From Syntrophales bacterium (GTDB taxonomy: Bacteria; Desulfobacterota; Syntrophia; Syntrophales; UBA6807): DNA of 64,000 nt. The translations under genes and the position numbers were made by a program. The DNA lies in contig JAXGPA010000001.1 in NCBI GenBank assembly GCA_040767195.1, positions 480,001-544,000 of the forward strand. The letters run 5' to 3'. Below the pieces are notes generated by a model. That model ran no database searches, was not told the DNA's origin, and saw nothing but the letters and a program-made list of their open reading frames with translations. Positions 59,049 to 64,000 of the stretch are shown here, in pieces (within the stretch, counting starts at the first letter, position 1; each line of letters starts with the position of its first letter).

Positions 59049-60737
59049 TCATTTCAGGAGCGTGGAAAGAAAGCAGGTGCTGCCTCCCGAATCACCGGTG
59101 CTTTCGGTGACCTGGTAAACGTCAAAGCCGTAGAAGGGATTGGCCGACCCCGCCATGAGGCCCCCCTCGGTGGCCTTCAGGGTCCTGATCCCGTAATTGA
59201 AGCGATCGTCGAACCCGTCCCGGGTCACCGGCGAGAAATTCACGCCGTCTTCGGACACGAAAAGATCCGCCCCCGGCGGGTTGTCCTTGTTTTCTTCCAG
59301 GATGAAGGCGATGTCGTCCTTGAATTCCTCCAGGAAGCCCTCATCCACGCCGGGAAGCATGGCCTGGATGAGGGGAACGAGGAACTCGAAAAAGACGCCG
59401 ATGTCGAAGGTGCTGCAGTAGAGCTTGCCCTTGTACTCTTCCATCCACCACACGTAGAAGTTGAGGGAATAGTTCCTTCCCCTGTCCGTAACCTTTTCCG
59501 GGTCGAAGAAACCGGCGGCGTAATTGCCGAGACGCCCGTCGAAGAGGGAATTCTTCCCGGGATCGCCGATGATCATTTCCCACTGGTCATCCTTGTCGAA
59601 CCGGTAGATTTCCGCCCTGGGATCGGAGAAACGATTCAGGAGAATGTCCGGCCGGCGGTCGGCGAGGTGATAGGGCAGGCCGAAAAGGGTGCCCACATAG
59701 ACGTACTCGCCGAAACGGAAGAGGCCGGCGATCTCGTTCATGGAGTTCCCCGCCCCATTGGACATGGTTTTTTCCCATTTCCAGTTGGCCGCCACCAGGG
59801 GGTCCCCCTGGGGTTTCCCCTTGAACACCCAGAACCCGCCTTCGGTGTCCCGTGTGTTCAGGTAGTATGTCGTGGTGTACAGGTACCCGTTGAACGGAAG
59901 AAACTGCCAGTTGAGGATGGGTTCGGTCCTGTCCGCGTCCTGTCCCTCATCCTTGTCGGGCAGGCCCAGGGCCGTGAAGATGCCCCGGTCCGCTATTTTT
60001 TTCCATACCTCCGGACGGGGAGCGAGGCCGGCCCCCTGGGATTCCGGGCGATCCGTGATCCAGATATCTCCGTTCATCATCCCCACGACAAGGTGTCCGT
60101 CGTGGACGTCCAGGGAACGGATGGAGTTTTCCTGATCCGACGACACGCTCCGGAACACGACAACGGGCTCGTCCTCGGCGGGGTTGAAATCGTCGGAGAA
60201 GCGGAGCACCTCCACGGGGAGAGAGGGGATGAAACCGGTGGTCGCCACGTAGAGGGCCGTTTTCCCGCCGGCGTCCGTGTAAGTTTTCATCACCCGGTAC
60301 CCCAGGTGGCGGGGCATGCCGACGGCGGTCTCAACGGGTGAGGTGTACACGAGTTCCCAGGGTTTCGAACCGTCGGTGCGGTAACGGAAAATCCGGGCCC
60401 GGATATCCGTGGGGGGCACGATGTTTCCCTTGAAGAGCGTCACGATCTGTTCATCCGTGAAGCCGGCCTCGTACAGGACGAGATAGGCCAGGGCCCGGTT
60501 GGATCCCACGTAGAGGTATTCTCCGCCTCCCCCGGAAGGATCCCGGATGGTCTCCATGCACCAGGCGTAAGAATTCTGTCGGTCCCCCGAAAGGCCGTCG
60601 TCCCCGATTCCCCCGGTCCCGACCTGGCGCAACCCGAGATCGGCCTGGGCCCCGCCGATCACAATGAATAGAAATGAGAGGCAAATCAACGCCCCTACCA
60701 TCTTTTTCCCGGAAGAAACCTTTTTCATCGATACCAT
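59049..60737 (-). CDS. Exported beta-propeller-like protein with C-terminal CFI-box-like sorting tail
   Basis: Signal peptide; NSYAWCM, N.YVW.M, GFDDRFNYGIR repeats; ends DSGGSTCFLSTLLK. Confidence 0.68.
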   Translation of the reverse strand: MVSMKKVSSGKKMVGALICLSFLFIVIGGAQADLGLRQVGTGGIGDDGLSGDRQNSYAWCMETIRDPSGGGGEYLYVGSNRALAYLVLYEAGFTDEQIVTLFKGNIVPPTDIRARIFRYRTDGSKPWELVYTSPVETAVGMPRHLGYRVMKTYTDAGGKTALYVATTGFIPSLPVEVLRFSDDFNPAEDEPVVVFRSVSSDQENSIRSLDVHDGHLVVGMMNGDIWITDRPESQGAGLAPRPEVWKKIADRGIFTALGLPDKDEGQDADRTEPILNWQFLPFNGYLYTTTYYLNTRDTEGGFWVFKGKPQGDPLVAANWKWEKTMSNGAGNSMNEIAGLFRFGEYVYVGTLFGLPYHLADRRPDILLNRFSDPRAEIYRFDKDDQWEMIIGDPGKNSLFDGRLGNYAAGFFDPEKVTDRGRNYSLNFYVWWMEEYKGKLYCSTFDIGVFFEFLVPLIQAMLPGVDEGFLEEFKDDIAFILEENKDNPPGADLFVSEDGVNFSPVTRDGFDDRFNYGIRTLKATEGGLMAGSANPFYGFDVYQVTESTGDSGGSTCFLSTLLK

Positions 60738-60848
60738 TCTCCTTCCTTTATTTTCGCCTCCCCCGGCCGTTTCTTCCCCCGTATTGCCTTTTACCATAAT
60801 ATAACGGACAGGAACAGGAACCAAAGAGACCCCTTACCTTCTCCGCTG

Positions 60849-62047
60849 TCATTCAAAGGCCCGCCTTTCTTTTCCCGATTTTTCTTCCAGGGCACCATGG
60901 AGAAAGCCCCGGAATCGATCGACATGACGGTCCCAGCTGAATCCTTCCACCGATTTTCTCGCATTTCGTCTTATAAAATCATACCCACGGGAATCGGAAA
61001 GAAGGCGGTCTATCGCTTCACTTAAAGAGGGCGCCGTCATCCTGTCCAGCAGAACCCCGTTGAACCCGCTGCGGACTGTCTCCCGGACGCCGCCGGAATT
61101 CGAGGCAATCACGGGGGTTCCGCAGGCGAGGGCTTCCACGGGAACCATGCCGAAAGGCTCATTTTTCGTAGTAAATATCAATACTCTCGCTCCGGAGTAA
61201 AGGGACGGCAACTTTTCATGGGCGACCCCTCCCGTGAGAATCACCCGGTCACCGAGACCCATCCGGTCAACGAACAGCCGGAGTGCCTCCTTCTCTTCCC
61301 CTTCCCCCCCGATGAGAAGCCTGTAATTTCGATTCTTCAACCGCGAAAAAGCTTCAATGGCTACCGGGACGTTTTTGAAGCGGGTGAGACGGCTTATCAT
61401 GAACAGGTAATCCGATTTCTCACCGGTCGGTGAGAAATAATCCAGGTCCACGCCGGGATGAATGTACCCTCTCGGCTCGATCCCGTAAGTTTTCCGGAAC
61501 CGGTCCATGGTGAATCGGGAATTGCAGAGGGCGCAGTCAACGTTCCGCCTCACAAGACGGCGGTCGATGGCCTTCAGAAGGGGCGTCAGGATCCTGGCCC
61601 CGGTCCGCAGAAGGATATCATCGATGGCATTCTGCCACTCGGGAGAATGGATAAAGGCGCTCGGCTCGTGGCAATACCACAGGCAGAAGGTGTTTCTCCG
61701 GCGCCGCCTGTACAAAAGGCCCACCAGTTCGCCGGCAGGACGGAGGGCAGGAGAACATCGGGTTTCAGGCGATCCAGAATCCCGTTTATCTTCCGTTGCA
61801 GGACGGGCCAGGAAAGCCAGAAAAGACGCTCGTTGGACAGGTATCCCCCTGTTTCCACGAAGGCGATCCCGGGAAATTTTCTCCTGTACTCCCCGGACAC
61901 CCGGATGCACAGCACGGTGACGCGATAACGGTCCGGGGGCAAGCGGCGGGCCACCTCCAGAACGACATTCCCGGCACCGCCCGGCAATGTGAAATGAGGG
62001 TGAAGGAAAACGAGATGAATGGGCTCCATCGAATTCCGGTGGGTCAC
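60849..62047 (-). pseudogene. Glycosyltransferase family 4 split by a 1-nt frameshift near 61714-61717
   Basis: N-part FLHPHFTLPGGAG...PANWWAF and C-part LYRR...WYCHEP...EPFGMVPVEALACG join if the T4 run is T5. Confidence 0.8.
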
Positions 62048-62068
62048 CGCTTCCGTTCCTCCAGGGAA

Positions 62069-63193
62069 CTACTGGAAAAAAGAGACATGCCTGACCAGGT
62101 CCTGGGGCCTGAAACGGCAGATGATTTCCAGGCTTTTTTCTTTCATTGCCTCCAATTCGGCGTCAGAGCGCAACACGACCCGGAGGGCTTCCGTCAGAGC
62201 CTCCTGGTTCCCACCCTCGAAAACGACCCCGTTGCCCGAGATCAGGTCCCTCGAACATCCGCATCGATCGGACACCACGACAGCGCAACGGCAGGCCATG
62301 GCCTCGTTCACCACGAGCCCCCAGGGCTCTTCAATCGACGGAAGAACAAGGATGTCGGCCATGGCATACAATGCCGGTATTTCATTCACGGCCCGGTGAC
62401 CGAGAAAATGAACATCCGGCAAGCCGCCGGCCAGACGCTGCAGTTTTGCCATCTCAGGTCCGTACCCCACCACGACGAGGTGAAGATCCCTCCGTTCCTT
62501 TCTCAGGGTCTTATAAGCCTCGATGAGGCGATCGATGTGCTTGATGGAAACCAGTCTTCCGGAAAACATCAGGACTTTCGAATCGTGACGGATGCCCCGT
62601 CTGGTTTTTTCATCCTGGGTCCGATCCTTGCTTAGACAACCCTCTTTCATGAAATGATCCACATCCACCGTGTTATAAAAAGGATCGATCCTCTTTTTCG
62701 CCCCCAGGTGTTTCAGGTAGTCCGCAGCCGCCGTCCCGCCACTGATGAATCCGTCGAACTGCCGTATCAGGGTCTTCACGTAAGGTTTGAAGAACAGGCG
62801 TGGGAGACTTTTTTCATGAACGGTGCTGTCCGAATACAGGATGATTTCCTTCCGGTTCAGCTTGCAGTATGAAAGAGCGACAAGAGTCGCCGGGCTGTCC
62901 CAACCGGATATGATCACCCGGTCGGGACGGCATTTCACCAGCTCAAAATAGATGTTATAATTAACATTAAGTGTGTAGGCCTGATTCACCCGGAGTGGGA
63001 TGCCGATGTTCTTCAGAAAAAGTGCATGATACGAGTCGGGATTTACCTTCTCGTTCCACTTTCGGTAGGAACTTCCCGGATTCTGGTAAAAGACATGGAG
63101 ATCCCAGTTTCCGCATTCCTCCGCGATCGCCTTGAAACGTGCATGGTTGTATGGTGTCCAGAGGACCTGAATGAAGAGTAATTTCTTTCTCAT
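62069..63193 (-). CDS. Glycosyltransferase family 4
   Basis: TPY, ISGW, FSGRL..K, LPS.EEPWGLVVNEAMAC. Confidence 0.93.
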   Translation of the reverse strand: MRKKLLFIQVLWTPYNHARFKAIAEECGNWDLHVFYQNPGSSYRKWNEKVNPDSYHALFLKNIGIPLRVNQAYTLNVNYNIYFELVKCRPDRVIISGWDSPATLVALSYCKLNRKEIILYSDSTVHEKSLPRLFFKPYVKTLIRQFDGFISGGTAAADYLKHLGAKKRIDPFYNTVDVDHFMKEGCLSKDRTQDEKTRRGIRHDSKVLMFSGRLVSIKHIDRLIEAYKTLRKERRDLHLVVVGYGPEMAKLQRLAGGLPDVHFLGHRAVNEIPALYAMADILVLPSIEEPWGLVVNEAMACRCAVVVSDRCGCSRDLISGNGVVFEGGNQEALTEALRVVLRSDAELEAMKEKSLEIICRFRPQDLVRHVSFFQ

Positions 63194-63482
63194 GAATCCA
63201 GGATCCTTTCAGATGGAAATATGACCGCCGTCTTATCCATCGGTCCCATTATCCTCAGAGTCGTCGGATAACTAAAAGGAGCTGAACCTGAAATTTGAAC
63301 TGGGAGAGGCAATCTGATGCCGAAAGGGACACTGCTGAGAAAAAAGCGGAAGATTCTTGACATTCCCAGTCGTCATTGATCACGTTTCTCATGAAGTTTC
63401 GGCCGGTCTGATTCGGTACAGACTGAATGGTTTAGCCATACCCACCTTCTAAAATGAGAGAATGATGGCGGAAACAAACATG

Positions 63483-64000
63483 TCAGGAAAGAAAAGAGTA
63501 GATGGCGTTCAATGTCAGGACATGCATGAAATGGCGATAGATGTAAATTTCTTCCCCCGGCCTTGCGTGTTTTTTAGCAATCCCGTAAGCCTCCAGGGCC
63601 GCTTTTCGATAGTTATTCTTCGATTTTGAGGTCCTGTGCCACCGGAATCTCGCGAGATAGCGGTCTATGTACAGGGGCGGATAACGGCAGGCAAGACGAA
63701 GCCAATAGTCGTAATCCATGGCATAATCATATGCCAGATTCAGGAACCCCGTCTCTTCGAAGGCTTTTTTCGAGATAAAGACGGCCGGCTGGGGTATGAA
63801 ATCCTTGGTCAGGAGTTTCCCATGGGAATAGCGCCTGCTCTCAAAATTCTTATAACGGGTGATGAATTTCCTTATTTCCCGGCCCTCATCATCGATATTC
63901 CAGCAGTTCCCGAAGCACCACTTGAATTGATTTGTTTTGTAAGCCTCGGCCACCGTCGCAAGGGCCCCCTCCTCGTACAGGTCATCCGAGTTGAGCCAGC
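63483..64000 (-). CDS. Glycosyltransferase family 2, 3' part (start beyond the window)
   Basis: Frame open to the window edge: WLNSDDLY...IPQPAVF...YAMDYDYWLR. Confidence 0.9.
   Translation of the reverse strand, partial: WLNSDDLYEEGALATVAEAYKTNQFKWCFGNCWNIDDEGREIRKFITRYKNFESRRYSHGKLLTKDFIPQPAVFISKKAFEETGFLNLAYDYAMDYDYWLRLACRYPPLYIDRYLARFRWHRTSKSKNNYRKAALEAYGIAKKHARPGEEIYIYRHFMHVLTLNAIYSFLS

Noticed and set aside
58950..59051. Possible TGA read-through joining the 59049 gene to the in-frame 56712-58949 gene
   Set aside because: A second TGA follows three codons later, the spacer holds a terminator-like hairpin with a T-run, and the downstream gene has its own SD and signal peptide.
63194..63482. 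Gene or ncRNA in the lower-GC 289-nt spacer
   Set aside because: No convincing ORF, motif or stable structure was found by eye.
1..64000. Genome-wide UGA reassignment (code 4 or 25) as the explanation for the in-frame TGAs
   Set aside because: pheS, rpmI, infC and thrS all end at TGA at their expected C-termini, so UGA is normally a stop. Site-specific Cys insertion at UGA/SECIS cannot be excluded from sequence alone.

Overview
High-GC bacterial chromosome segment, most likely from a Desulfobacterota (deltaproteobacterium, Syntrophia-like); this assignment is inferred from gene content and order. Almost every gene is on the minus strand. Left part (1-10 kb): tRNA-Val(GAC)-thrS-infC-rpmI-rplT-pheS-pheT, envelope/lipoprotein genes, and a partial ATP synthase Fo cluster (atpZ-atpI-atpB, no atpE) flanked by REP-like palindromes. 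The remaining ~54 kb is a cell-surface glycosylation locus. It encodes PglF/PglC/DegT-type sugar enzymes, a WbpB-WbpD fusion, Wzx, Wzm/Wzt, a 1504-aa methyltransferase/coiled-coil/multi-glycosyltransferase, GT-C enzymes, an MBOAT/SGNH pair and a DPPR-synthase-like UbiA, interleaved with exported proteins. Main finding: three signal-peptide-bearing genes that the ORF track splits are each a single reading frame crossed by one in-frame TGA followed by a SECIS-like hairpin. The TGAs are at 25365-25367 (U right after the signal peptide of a rhodanese protein), 36859-36861 (a C-G-T-U motif) and 45501-45503 (UshA-like protein). Two of these proteins and two further exported proteins share a four-repeat module that also occurs once in a cysteine-rich putative major surface-layer protein. 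This suggests a surface-docked selenol/thiol protein system inside an S-layer glycosylation locus. Family assignments come from motif recognition by eye, not database searches.
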